A stretch of 64,000 nucleotides of DNA. Source: an uncultured Chloroflexia bacterium. Lineage in GTDB: Bacteria; Chloroflexota; Limnocylindria; Limnocylindrales; CSP1-4. Under the pieces are notes generated by a model that made no database searches, was not told the DNA's origin, and saw only the letters and a list, made by a program, of their open reading frames with translations. Position numbers and translations under genes: made by a program. Position 1 is the stretch's first letter; each line of letters begins with the position of its first letter. Below are positions 30,941 to 41,227 of the stretch, piece after piece. The stretch is from the NCBI GenBank assembly GCA_963743795.1, contig CAVUQZ010000004.1, positions 339,686-403,685 of the forward strand, read 5' to 3'.

Positions 30941-31534
30941 GTGATCGCATCTCTGGACGGCATGGTCAGCGCCGTCTTCGCCGATTCGCTCATCCTCGAA
31001 GTTGGCGGCGTGGGCTATCGCGTCTTCTGTGCGCCGTCCGTGCTGGTATCGACCCGGGCGGGGGAGCGGGCGAAGCTCTTCACCCACCACCTGGTCCGCG
31101 AAGACGCCCAGGCGCTGTACGGCTTCCGAACTCCCGACGAGCTGGGCTTCTTCGGGCTGCTGCTGACCGTCACCGGAGTTGGCCCTAAAGTCGCCCTGGC
31201 CATCATCGGGTCGCGCGCGATCGGGGACCTGCAGCTCGCCATTCTCTCGGACGACCTCGCCCTGCTCACGGCCGTATCCGGGGTCGGCAAGAAGCTGGCC
31301 GCCCGCATCGTCCTGGAGCTCAAGGAGAAGGTCGCCGCCGCGGGCGTGGCGGCCGGAGCTGCCGCGGGCGGCGCAACGGCGGGCGAGTCGGAAGTGGTGG
31401 GCGCGCTGCTGGCCCTGGGCTATTCGGCCGGCGAGGCCCGCCAGGCCTCCCGCGAAGCGCTCGCGGATCTCACCGTTGGCTCGAGCCTGGAGGATCGCGT
31501 CAAGGCGGCGCTGCGGACGTTGGTCAGGGGATAG
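30941..31534 (+). CDS. ruvA: Holliday junction branch migration protein RuvA
   Basis: GTG start; GGVGY, VREDAQALYGF, VTGVGPKVAL and GVGKKLAARIVLELKEK. Confidence 0.96.
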   Translation: MIASLDGMVSAVFADSLILEVGGVGYRVFCAPSVLVSTRAGERAKLFTHHLVREDAQALYGFRTPDELGFFGLLLTVTGVGPKVALAIIGSRAIGDLQLAILSDDLALLTAVSGVGKKLAARIVLELKEKVAAAGVAAGAAAGGATAGESEVVGALLALGYSAGEARQASREALADLTVGSSLEDRVKAALRTLVRG

Positions 31535-31565
31535 GCCATGCCGCCGCCCGGGGCAATCGACCTGT

Positions 31566-31591
31566 AGAACGTCCGTTCCATCTGATACACT
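31566..31591 (+). promoter_or_regulatory. LexA (Cheo-type) SOS box with extended -10 upstream of ruvB
   Basis: GAAC-GTCC-GTTC (31567-31578) followed by TGaTACACT (31583-31591). Confidence 0.7.
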
Positions 31592-31613
31592 TGCCACATG
31601 AGCGAGAGCGCCC

Positions 31614-32702
31614 GTGACTGACATCTCGCGAATACTCGCCCCGGACGTGGAGGACGAGGTCGAGGTCGCCGTGGACCGGACGCTGCGGCCGCGCACCCTG
31701 GACGAGTACATCGGCCAGCGCGAGCTGAAGGCGAACCTGTCGATCCTCCTCGGCGCGGCCCGGGGGAGAGGGGACGCCGCGGATCACGTCCTGCTCCATG
31801 GCCCGCCAGGCCTGGGCAAGACGACCCTCGCCACGATCATCGCCCGCGAGCTGGGCGCGAACATCCGATATGCCAGCGGCCCGGCCATCGAGCGGGCAGG
31901 GGACCTGGCCGCGATCCTGACGTCGCTGGACGAGCGCGACGTCCTCTTCATCGACGAGATCCACCGCCTCAACCGGGCCGTGGAGGAGATCCTGTATCCG
32001 GCCATGGAGGACTTCGCGCTGGACGTGATGATCGGCAAGGGGCCGTCGGCGCGGAGCCTGCGTCTGAGCCTGAAGCCGTTCACGATCGTCGGCGCCACGA
32101 CCCGCGCCGGCCGGATATCCAGCCCGCTGCGCGACCGCTTCGGGGCAACCTACCGGCTCGACTTCTACGACCAGGCGGACCTGACCGCCATCGTCGAGCG
32201 CTCGGCGAGGCTGCTGGGGGTGGAGCTGAGCGCGGACGGCGCCACGGCCATCGCCCGGCGGGGGAGGGGCACGCCGCGCGTCGTGAACCGCCTCCTGCGC
32301 CGCGTCCGCGACTACGCCCAGATCAACGGCGACGGTCGTGTGGACGCCGCCACCGCGGACAAGGCCCTGGCCGCGCTCGAGATAGACGACCAGGGTTTGG
32401 ACGGAACGGACCGAAAGCTCCTGGCAGCGATCGTCCAGAAGTTCGGCGGTGGGCCGGTCGGCGTGCAGGCCCTGGCGGCCGTGCTGGCCGAGGAGGCGGA
32501 GACGGTCGAGGACGTGTACGAGCCGTTCCTGCTGCGCCTCGGGTTCCTTGACCGCACCCCGCAGGGTCGCATCGCCACCGACGGCGCCCGCCAGCACCTG
32601 GCCCGGATGGGTTTCGAGGTCCCACCGCAGCGTCGGGCGGATCAGGAACAGCCGGCTCTCTGGGACGGGGCTTCCGGCGAAGTCGAACCGCCCGCCCGTT
32701 GA
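31614..32702 (+). CDS. ruvB: Holliday junction branch migration DNA helicase RuvB
   Basis: [35 protein letters not shown] and LRDRFG. Confidence 0.98.
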   Translation: MTDISRILAPDVEDEVEVAVDRTLRPRTLDEYIGQRELKANLSILLGAARGRGDAADHVLLHGPPGLGKTTLATIIARELGANIRYASGPAIERAGDLAAILTSLDERDVLFIDEIHRLNRAVEEILYPAMEDFALDVMIGKGPSARSLRLSLKPFTIVGATTRAGRISSPLRDRFGATYRLDFYDQADLTAIVERSARLLGVELSADGATAIARRGRGTPRVVNRLLRRVRDYAQINGDGRVDAATADKALAALEIDDQGLDGTDRKLLAAIVQKFGGGPVGVQALAAVLAEEAETVEDVYEPFLLRLGFLDRTPQGRIATDGARQHLARMGFEVPPQRRADQEQPALWDGASGEVEPPAR

Positions 32703-33921
32703 TGGAGCCGACTCCCGGCTCGCCGGGTGCAGCGGCCGGCTCCCCGGGCGGCCGAGCGGACTCACCGGCGCGATACGAAGTGCTCGCGCCGCCGCCACGC
32801 CGACGGCTCCACTCGCGCCCGCCTCGGCCGCCTGACGCTGCCACACGGCGTCGTAGAGACGCCCCAGTTCATGCCGGTCGGGACGAACGCCACCGTCAAG
32901 GCGCTCGATCCGGCGGACCTGCGCGAGGCCGGCGCCACCATCATCCTGGCGAACACGTACCACCTGTACCTGCGCCCCGGCCACGAGCGAATAGCCGCCC
33001 TGGGCGGCCTCCACCGTTTCATGGCCTGGGACCGGCCGCTGCTGACCGACTCGGGCGGCTTCCAGGTCGTCTCCCTGGGCGAGCTTCGCAAGATCGACGA
33101 CGACGGAGTCACGTTCCAGAGCCACCTCGACGGCTCCTACCACCGCTTCACGCCCGAGCATTCGATCGCCGTTCAGGAGGCGCTGGGCGCCGACATCGCC
33201 GTCGCCTTCGACCAGCCCGTGCCCCCGGCTTCCTCAACGCCCGAGGCCGTCGCCGAGGCGACCGAGCGGACGAATCGCTGGGCCGAGCGATCGCTGGCCG
33301 CCCACACCAGACCGGATCAGGCCCTCTTCGGGATCGTTCAGGGCGGCCTCGATCCGGACCTGCGGGCCCGTTCGACTGCCTTCATGGCCAGCCTGCCGTT
33401 CGACGGCATCTGCATCGGCGGCCTGGCCGGCGACGAGACCGCGGCACAGCGTGAAGCCGTGCTGGACGTGGCCGTCGGATTGCTCGCGGCGGACCCGCGA
33501 CCGCGCTACCTGATGGGCCTCGGCTCGCCGGCGGATCTGCTGGAGGCCGTCCATCGCGGCATAGACCTGTTCGACTCGGTCCTGCCCGCGCGTGTGGCCC
33601 GCAACGGCCAGCTGTGGGTTCCCGGCGGCCGCCTGAACATGCGCAACGCCCAGTTCGTGGACGACCCGAGGCCGGTCCAGGACGGGTGTCGATGCATCCT
33701 CTGCCGGCAGTTCTCGCGCGCCTATCTGGCCCATCTGTTCCGAGCGGAAGAGCTCCTCGCCTACCGCCTCGCAACTTGTCACAACCTCACCTTCACCCTA
33801 GACTTCATGGCCGAAATCCGCTCCGCTCTGCGCTCCGGCACGTTCGCCTCGCGCCTGCCCGAGCTTCGGGCAACGCGCGCACCCGTCAAGGTCGCGTGCA
33901 TCGGCAGTGCAGTCGGAGTGA
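32702..33921 (+). CDS. tgt: tRNA-guanine transglycosylase (indels near both ends)
   Basis: TPQFMPVGT, ANTYHL, TDSGGFQ, GIVQGG, PRYLMG, LFDSV and CxCxxC..H Zn site. End coordinate is inferred by correcting an indel near 33870. Confidence 0.93.
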
Positions 33922-33961
33922 AGAGCCCATCGGTAGCCTGTAGCACGCGGAGGCGCATCAG

Positions 33962-34114
33962 ATGGCCAGTCGAGACCGCCCCCACCGACAAGAGAAGAAG
34001 AAGCCCAAGGACGCGGCCGCCAAGACCAAGATCCAGCCCTTGCTGGAGCCTCCGACCAACGTCGAGGTCTGGAAGCCAAAGCGGAAGCCGCGCACCGAGG
34101 AGACCGAGAGCTAG
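33962..34114 (+). CDS. Unannotated 50-aa Lys/Glu/Pro-rich small protein upstream of recA
   Basis: GGAGG RBS then ATG; MASRDRPHRQEKKKPKDAAAKTKIQPLLEPPTNVEVWKPKRKPRTEETES*; codon usage is GC3-rich. Confidence 0.7.
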   Translation: MASRDRPHRQEKKKPKDAAAKTKIQPLLEPPTNVEVWKPKRKPRTEETES

Positions 34115-34180
34115 CTCGCGGGCGGAAGCCATCGGGCGGCCGCTCCGCGTATCCCGGAGAGGACAGGAGCGAGGAGCAAG

Positions 34181-35254
34181 ATGGCGATGATCGAGCGAGG
34201 GGCCGAGGCCCGAGCAACCAACGGCGAGCGGTCCGTCGAGCGCACCAAGGCCGTCGACGCCGCGATCCTGTCGATCGAGAAGCAGTTCGGTCGCGGCTCG
34301 ATCATGCGCCTCGGCTCCTCCGAGCGTCAGGCTGTCGACTTCATCCCCACGGGCTCGATCGCCCTGGATCTGGCCCTCGGCGTCGGCGGGATACCCGCGC
34401 GGCCGCATGACGGAGATCTTCGGGCCCGAGTCTTCGGGCAAGACAACGCTCTGCCAGCACGTCCTGGCTGAGGCTCAGAAGAGGGGCGGCGTAGTCGCGT
34501 TCATCGACGTCGAGCACGCCCTGGACCCGGGCTACGCTCGCGCCTGCGGCGTCAACGTGGACGATCTGCTCGTCAGCCAGCCGGACACCGGCGAGGACGC
34601 GCTCCAGATCACCGAGACCCTCATCCGGTCCGGCGGCGTGGATTGCGTCGTCCTGGACTCGGTCGCCGCTCTCGTGCCCAAGGCCGAGATCGAAGGCGAG
34701 ATGGGCGACTCGTTCGTCGGCATCCAGGCCCGCCTCATGAGCCAGGCCCTGCGCAAGCTGGCCGGCGTCGTCAGCCGCTCGAACACCGCCCTGGTCTTCA
34801 CCAACCAGCTGCGCGAGAAGATCGGCGTCATGTTCGGCAACCCCGAGGTCACGCCCGGCGGCCGCGCCCTCAAGTTCTACGCCAGCGTCCGGCTCGACAT
34901 CCGGCGCATCGAGACGATCAAGGTCGGCACGGAGTCGGTCGGCAACCGCGTCCGGGTCAAGGTCGTCAAGAACAAGGTCGCGCCGCCGTTCCGCGTCGCC
35001 GAGTTCGACATCATGTTCGGCGAGGGAATCTCCGCGCGAGGGCGGCCTGCTGGACGTCGGCGTGGCCATGAGCATCGTCAGCCAAGACCGGCGCCTGGTT
35101 CACCTTCGGCGAGACCCGCCTGGGCCAGGGCCGCGAGGCCGCCAAGGAGTTCCTCAAGGGCAACCCGGACATCTCGGCCGAGGTCGAGAAGCAGATCCGG
35201 GGCAAGATGTCCGAGGTCTCCCTGCCCGTCGAAGGGATCGAAGAGGCCGAATAG
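34181..35254 (+). CDS. recA: Recombinase RecA (frameshifts near 34395, 35040 and 35080)
   Basis: [50 protein letters not shown] and KNKVAPPF. Confidence 0.96.
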
Positions 35255-35260
35255 GCCGGC

Positions 35261-35904
35261 ATGCCACGGCGCAGCGGACCGGAGCGGCTCGAGGCGCGAC
35301 GGCGGCGTCTCGAGCGCCATGCCGCCGTCGAGGACCCGGACGTAGTCCTCAACGCCGCGGCCCGCTTCCTGGAGCTTCGGTCCCGCTCGGTTGACGAGGT
35401 CCGCCGCCACCTGGCGGCCGCGCGATACCCCGCCGAGCTGATCGAACGCGCCATCTCCCGGCTTCTCGAGCTGGGGATGCTGGACGACCGGGCTTTCGGC
35501 CGCGCCTGGGTCGAGTCGCGGGATCGAGCCCGGCCGCGCGGCGAGCAGGCCCTCCGGCGGGAACTGGCGCTCAAGGGCCTGGATCGCGAGCTGGTTGCCG
35601 AGGTCCTCGCCGAGCGGGCAGGGGCAAGGCGGTCCCGGCGACGAGTTCGACACTTCGCGTCCCGCTGAACCGGGCGCGGACCGTAGAGCGGCGGAGAAGC
35701 CTGCTGGCGCGGCGCGCAACGGCCCTGACCCGCATCGCCGATCCACGGCAGCGCCGCCAGCGCGCCTACGCGCTGCTGGCTCGCAACGGCTTTGGCCCGG
35801 ATGTCTGCCGCGAGGCCAGCGCCCGCTTCGTCGCGGCGAGCCTGGCCGGCGGGGGCGACGCCGACCTCGACGCAGCCGATCCAGACGCGGCCGGCGAGCC
35901 GTGA
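35261..35904 (+). CDS. recX: Regulatory protein RecX (frameshifted)
   Basis: [14 protein letters not shown] and RELALKG; C-terminal [11 protein letters not shown] in another frame; directly after recA. Confidence 0.88.
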
Positions 35905-35960
35905 GACCGCGCACCGCGCCGGCATAGCCCGATTCCCGCCGCGGCCGTAGACTACGCGGC

Positions 35961-36115
35961 GAGACGAACAACGCGTCGCCGGCCTACGCCGTAGCCACGA
36001 CGCCAGCTCGAATCATCGACAACGCGGCTCTACTGCGGTCTACCCCGGGAGCGGGCAGGGCCCAGATAGGGCCGCCCTAACCTATTCCTACGTACCTCCG
36101 GTCGCGTCATTCGAC
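35961..36115 (+). ncRNA. Candidate 6S RNA (ssrS-like)
   Basis: -10 TAGACT at 35948-35953. About 155-nt rod with end-to-end pairing and a central asymmetric bubble, immediately upstream of rny-ymdB. Confidence 0.6.
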
Positions 36116-36135
36116 CGGGTGGGAGGCAAGTTCAG

Positions 36136-37665
36136 ATGGATACCGCCCTAGTGGCTGCCGTAGTCGCGGCCGCCGTCGTGGCGGGCGTGATCGTCGGCTT
36201 CATGGCCCGCGGCCAGCTGGCCAACCAGGGAGTGAAGAGCGCGCAGGAGAAGGCCGCTCGGATCGTCGCCGAGGCTCGCGCCCAGCAGAAGGAATTCATC
36301 CTCGAAGCCAAAGACGAAAGGCTCAGACTCGGCCGCGAAGCCGAGGACGAGGCCCGCGCCAAACGAGCCGAGCTGGGAACCCTGGAGAGTCGCCTCCTTG
36401 CCCGAGACGAACAGCTGGACCTCCGCTCGGACATGCTCGAGCAACGCGACCGCAAGCTCCTGGACCGCGAGCGCGAGCTCGAGCACAGCCGCCAGGAACT
36501 CGCCAGGGCTCAGCTGGACCACGTCGCCGCTCTCGAACGAGTGAGCGGCATGAGCGCCGACGAGGCCAAGGCGCAGCTCCTGGAAGCCGTTCGCGACGAG
36601 GCCGATCGCGACGCCGTCCGCCTGGCCAAGTCGATCGAGCGCCAGGCTCGCGACGAAGCCGAGGAGCGAGCGCGCGAGATCGTCATCACCACGATGCAGC
36701 GCATCGCGGCCGACCACACGGCCGAGCACACGGTCTCGACGGTCCATCTGCCCAACGACGAGATGAAAGGCCGCATCATCGGCCGCGAGGGCCGGAACAT
36801 CCGCGCCCTCGAACAGGCCACGGGCGTGGATCTGATCATCGACGACACCCCCGAGACGGTCGTCATCAGCGCCTTCGACCCGGTCCGCCGCGAGATTGCC
36901 CGACTGGCCCTGACCAAGCTGATGCAGGACGGCCGGATCCATCCCGGACGCATCGAGGAGGTCGTGGCCAAGGCCCGCGCCGAGGTCGACCTGACGATGC
37001 GCCAGGCCGGCGAGCAAGCCGTCTACGACGCCGGCATCCCGGCCCTGCCCGCGGAGATCGTCAAGCTCCTCGGGCGCCTCAAATACCGCACCAGCTACGG
37101 CCAGAACGTCCTCGTCCATTCGGTCGAAACCAGCCGGCTCGCGGCCATCATCGCCGCCGAGCTCGGTGCCGACGTCCAGGCCGCCAAGATCGGCGGCCTG
37201 CTCCACGACCTTGGCAAGGCGGTCGACCACGAGACCGAAGGACCGCACGCCCAGATCGGGGCCCAGATCGCACAGCGGCACAACCTGCCGGCCAAGGTCG
37301 TCAACGCCATCGCGGCCCATCACCAGGAGGTCGAGTTCGCCTCGCAGGAGGCCCCCATCGTCCAGGTCGCCGACGCGATGAGCGCCTCGCGGCCGGGGGC
37401 CCGCGGCGAGTCCATGGAGACCTACGTGCGGCGCCTCGAGGATCTCCAGGCCATCGCCGAGAGCTTCGATGGAGTCGAGAAGAGCTTCGCCGTCCAGGCC
37501 GGTCGCGAAGTCCGCGTCCTCGTGAAGCCGGACCAGATCGACGACGTCATGGCCGCTCACCTGGCTCGCGACGTGGTCAAGAAGATCGAGACCAGCCTTA
37601 CCTACCCGGGCCAGATCAAGGTGACGGTCATCCGCGAGACGCGGTCCGTCGAATACGCCAAGTAG
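36136..37665 (+). CDS. rny: Ribonuclease Y
   Basis: N-terminal TM, coiled coil, KH domain ([14 protein letters not shown]), HD domain (LLHDLGK) and SASRPGAR. Confidence 0.98.
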   Translation: MDTALVAAVVAAAVVAGVIVGFMARGQLANQGVKSAQEKAARIVAEARAQQKEFILEAKDERLRLGREAEDEARAKRAELGTLESRLLARDEQLDLRSDMLEQRDRKLLDRERELEHSRQELARAQLDHVAALERVSGMSADEAKAQLLEAVRDEADRDAVRLAKSIERQARDEAEERAREIVITTMQRIAADHTAEHTVSTVHLPNDEMKGRIIGREGRNIRALEQATGVDLIIDDTPETVVISAFDPVRREIARLALTKLMQDGRIHPGRIEEVVAKARAEVDLTMRQAGEQAVYDAGIPALPAEIVKLLGRLKYRTSYGQNVLVHSVETSRLAAIIAAELGADVQAAKIGGLLHDLGKAVDHETEGPHAQIGAQIAQRHNLPAKVVNAIAAHHQEVEFASQEAPIVQVADAMSASRPGARGESMETYVRRLEDLQAIAESFDGVEKSFAVQAGREVRVLVKPDQIDDVMAAHLARDVVKKIETSLTYPGQIKVTVIRETRSVEYAK

Positions 37666-37669
37666 CCGC

Positions 37670-38512
37670 GTGGTCAGCGCCGGGGGTTCGCCTCACTCGG
37701 ACGCACCAGCCCGGGGAATCTGCCGGATCCTGATGATCGGCGATCTCATCGGCAAGCCCGGCCGGCTCGCCCTCGAGGCGCTCCTGCCGGACCTGCGGCG
37801 CGCGCGCCACATCGCGTTCGTGACCGCCAACGGCGAGAACGTCGCCGGCGGCATGGGCCTGACCGCTTCCACCGCCCAGGCGATGTTCGCGGCCGGCGTC
37901 GACGTGATCACGTCCGGCAATCACGTCTGGGACAAGCGCGAGATATACGAGCAGCTCGACCGCGACGAGCGCATCCTGCGCCCCCACAACTACGGCACGG
38001 ACGGAGTCCCCGGGCGAGGCTGGGGCATCTTCGGAGCCAGCGATGGGACGGACGTGGCGGTCCTGAACTTCCAGGGCCGGACCTACATGATCCCCATCGA
38101 GAACCCCTTCACCGAGTTCGACCGGCTCGTCGACGAGGCATCCGAGCCGCTGCCGCCAGTTCGCATCGTCGACTTCCACTGCGAGCTGACCAGCGAGAAG
38201 TGCGCCTTCGGCATCTACCTTGACGGCCGGGCCAGTGCCGTGGTGGGTACGCACACGCACGTCCCCACTGCCGACGAGCGGATCATGCCCAAAGGAACGG
38301 CCTACCAGTCGGACCTCGGCATGGTTGGGCCCATTCACAGCGTCATCGGCTTCAACCCGGCCACGGTCATCCCGCGCTTCCTCAATGGCCTGCCCACGCG
38401 TTTCGAGGTCGGCACCGGGCCCGTGGTCTTCAACGCCTGCCAGATCGACGTGGACGCGGCAACCGGCCGGGCCGTAGCCATCGAGCGCATCCAGCGCGTC
38501 GTCGAGGTCTGA
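37670..38512 (+). CDS. YmdB/TIGR00282 family metallophosphoesterase
   Basis: IGDLIGKPG, NGEN, TSGNH, VDFHCE and GTHTHVPTAD; follows rny. Confidence 0.93.
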   Translation: MVSAGGSPHSDAPARGICRILMIGDLIGKPGRLALEALLPDLRRARHIAFVTANGENVAGGMGLTASTAQAMFAAGVDVITSGNHVWDKREIYEQLDRDERILRPHNYGTDGVPGRGWGIFGASDGTDVAVLNFQGRTYMIPIENPFTEFDRLVDEASEPLPPVRIVDFHCELTSEKCAFGIYLDGRASAVVGTHTHVPTADERIMPKGTAYQSDLGMVGPIHSVIGFNPATVIPRFLNGLPTRFEVGTGPVVFNACQIDVDAATGRAVAIERIQRVVEV

Positions 38513-38513
38513 A

Positions 38514-39524
38514 TTGACCCGCTCCGGGCCCGACGGAGACGACCTGCGCGGCGACACCGGATCGTTCCGCTTCCGCGGAACCGCGTACCGGGCAACGTGG
38601 GGCGAACCGGTCGTGCCACCGCATCCGTCACGCGTCGATCTCCACACCCACAGCCGACGCTCGGACGGCGTGATGGAGCCCCTGGCGCTCGTGAAGGCGG
38701 CCGCGGCGGCGGGAGTAAGGCTGCTGGCCATCTCCGACCACGACACCCTGGCGGGAGTACGCGAGTTGTGCGCCCCGGGCCGCGAGCCACTCCCCCTGGA
38801 ACTCCTCTCTGCCGTCGAGATCAACAGCGTGGCGGCCGGGATCGACAGTCTCTGGGAGGGCGAGCTGCACATCCTGGGCCTTGGAGTAGACCCGAACGAC
38901 GACGCCTTCGAGGCGGCTCTTGCCAGGCAGCGAAACCTGCGAGCGGCGCGATTCCACCACATCGTGAGACGCCTGCGCGAGCTCGGGTACCCGATCGAAG
39001 AGCAAGCGGACCGGCTGCTGGCCGCGGCCGGCGCCTCACCCGGGACGTCCCTGGGCCGGCCGCAGATCGCCCGCTGCCTCGTTGCCGCCGGCCACGCTGA
39101 ATCCGTGGACGACGCCATGCAACGGCTGCTGGCCCGAGGCCGGCCGGGCTACGTGCCGCGCGACGGGCTGGGCCCGCGCGAAGCCATCTCGGCCGTCAGG
39201 GCGGCGGGCGGGCTTCCCGCGCTTGCCCACTTCGCCGATGCCGCGGAGCGGCGAGACCTGGTGGGTGAGCTGGCCGCCGCCGGACTCGGCGGTCTGGAGG
39301 TCCATTACCGCCACTTCGACGCGGCGACCGTGGCGGCGCTCGGAGGCCTGGCGCGCGAGATGGGATTGGTCCAGACCGGCGGCAGCGACTACCACGGCGA
39401 CGTCGAGACGTATGCTCAGGCCCACGCCGCCCTCTACGTACCCGACGAGGACGCCACCGAAGTGTTCGCATCGCTTGGCCGCCCCTCTAGCCCCACCGAC
39501 GGAAACCCGGCCGCGACGTCATGA
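38514..39524 (+). CDS. PHP domain metal-dependent phosphoesterase (TrpH/YciV-like)
   Basis: DLHTHSRRSDG, ISDHDT, ELHILG, GRPQIAR, LAH and TGGSDYHG. Start uncertain. Confidence 0.9.
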   Translation: MTRSGPDGDDLRGDTGSFRFRGTAYRATWGEPVVPPHPSRVDLHTHSRRSDGVMEPLALVKAAAAAGVRLLAISDHDTLAGVRELCAPGREPLPLELLSAVEINSVAAGIDSLWEGELHILGLGVDPNDDAFEAALARQRNLRAARFHHIVRRLRELGYPIEEQADRLLAAAGASPGTSLGRPQIARCLVAAGHAESVDDAMQRLLARGRPGYVPRDGLGPREAISAVRAAGGLPALAHFADAAERRDLVGELAAAGLGGLEVHYRHFDAATVAALGGLAREMGLVQTGGSDYHGDVETYAQAHAALYVPDEDATEVFASLGRPSSPTDGNPAATS

Positions 39525-41227
39525 CCGTTCGACCGGCAGGTCTCACGGCGCCGCTCACGACGCTGCGGCCGGCCTTCGCGCCCGGGCTCGCACCAGGGCT
39601 CGCGCCCACGGCCGCACCTCCTGCCGTGGATCCGGAGGTGGCCGAGTTTCGGCCGGAGCCGCGAAGCCTGCCCAGCTTCCACGTCTGGACCCTGGGCTGC
39701 CAGATGAACCAGAGCGACTCCGAGGAGATGGCCGGCCAGCTCCTCGCCGCCGGCTGCATTCGCGCGCCATCCCTGGAGGCGGCGGATCTGGTCGTCATCA
39801 ATACCTGCGCCGTCCGCGAACACGCCGAGGCCAAGGTGATCGGCCGCCAGGGCATGCTCGCCGAGCTCAAGCGAGCCCGGCCGGGGATGCGCGTCGTGCT
39901 CACCGGCTGCGGCGTCCGCGAGGCCGAGCGGGCGGGCCTGGCACGCCGCTTCCCGGCCGTCGACATGTTCCTCCGTCCCGACGAGGAGCCCGAGCTTGCG
40001 CTCCGTCTGGGCCTGGTTTCCGCGCAGGCGCCGATCGGCCTCCAGACGGTCGCCACGGCCTCCACGACCGTCCTTGGCGGCAGGCCGGTCAGCGCGGCCG
40101 ATCGCCTGGCCGCGGGCCGCGCCACGGCCCTCTCGGAAGCCAGGGTGGCCCGTTCCTCGACGATCTCGGCCTGGCTGCCGATCGTCTACGGCTGCGACAA
40201 GACCTGCACCTACTGCATCGTGCCGTTCAGCCGCGGTCCGGAGCGGAGCCGCCCCTTCGACGACATCGTGGCCGAGGCGCGCCAGATCGCCGCCGAGCAC
40301 TTCGCCGAGCTGACCCTGCTCGGCCAGAACGTCAACAGCTACGGCCACGACCTGCCCGCGGAGGAGCGCTTTGGGCACATCGACACGCAGCGCTGGGGCG
40401 GTCGCAAGCTCGACCTGCGGGCCCGGCCCGACCTCGCGGAGCTGCTGCGCGCCATAGACTCGATTCGCGACGCATCCGGCCGGCCCGCGATTCCACGGCT
40501 TCGCTTCATAACCTCGCATCCCTGGGACCTCTCGGACAGGCTGATCGAGGCGATGGCCGAATGCCCGGGCGTCTGCGAGCACCTGCACCTGCCGATTCAA
40601 TCGGGTGACGACGCGATGCTGCAGCGGATGGGTCGCCAGTACACCGTCGAGCACTACCGCGAGCGCCTGGCCCGCATCAGGGCTGCCGTGCCGGGGATCG
40701 CCATCTCGACCGACGTCATCGTCGGCTTCTGCGGCGAGACCGAAGCGCAGTTCCAGGCGACCTTGCGCGTCCTCGAGGAGATCCGCTACGACACGGTCTT
40801 CGCGGCCGCCTACTCTCCGCGACCGGGGACTCCCGCGCTGCGAATGGCCGACGACGTACCGGCGGCGGACAAACGCCGGCGCCTGAACGAGCTCCTGGCC
40901 CGCCAGGAGGCGATCGGCCTGGAGCTGAATCGCGCCTGGCTCGGCCGCGAGGTAGAGGTTCTGGTCGAGCGGCTCACCCCGCCCCGACGTGCGGCCGTCG
41001 TAGACGACCCGGCGTATGCCGACATCGAGGACGCCGACGCGGGCGTTCCGGCTCTGGCCGGCACGGCGGGGCAGGGGAGCGTTGCCCTGGCCGGCCGGAC
41101 TCGCCACAACAAGCTCGTGCACCTGGCCGGCGACCCTTCGCTGGTCGGGCGGGCCGTCACGGTCCGCGTGGAGTACGCCGGCCCGTTCGCGCTCCGCGGG
41201 CGCGTCGTCGACGCAGCAACTGAGTGA
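39521..41227 (+). CDS. miaB: tRNA-2-methylthio-N6-dimethylallyladenosine synthase
   Basis: TLGCQMN, NTCAVRE, GCDKTCTYC radical SAM motif, LLGQNVNSYG and TRAM domain. Confidence 0.95.
   Translation: MTVRPAGLTAPLTTLRPAFAPGLAPGLAPTAAPPAVDPEVAEFRPEPRSLPSFHVWTLGCQMNQSDSEEMAGQLLAAGCIRAPSLEAADLVVINTCAVREHAEAKVIGRQGMLAELKRARPGMRVVLTGCGVREAERAGLARRFPAVDMFLRPDEEPELALRLGLVSAQAPIGLQTVATASTTVLGGRPVSAADRLAAGRATALSEARVARSSTISAWLPIVYGCDKTCTYCIVPFSRGPERSRPFDDIVAEARQIAAEHFAELTLLGQNVNSYGHDLPAEERFGHIDTQRWGGRKLDLRARPDLAELLRAIDSIRDASGRPAIPRLRFITSHPWDLSDRLIEAMAECPGVCEHLHLPIQSGDDAMLQRMGRQYTVEHYRERLARIRAAVPGIAISTDVIVGFCGETEAQFQATLRVLEEIRYDTVFAAAYSPRPGTPALRMADDVPAADKRRRLNELLARQEAIGLELNRAWLGREVEVLVERLTPPRRAAVVDDPAYADIEDADAGVPALAGTAGQGSVALAGRTRHNKLVHLAGDPSLVGRAVTVRVEYAGPFALRGRVVDAATE

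Noticed and set aside
33870-34190. Long C-terminal extension of TGT (487-aa ORF)
   Set aside because: The extension is not protein-like and overlaps a better-supported 50-aa ORF with its own RBS; likely an indel-caused read-through.
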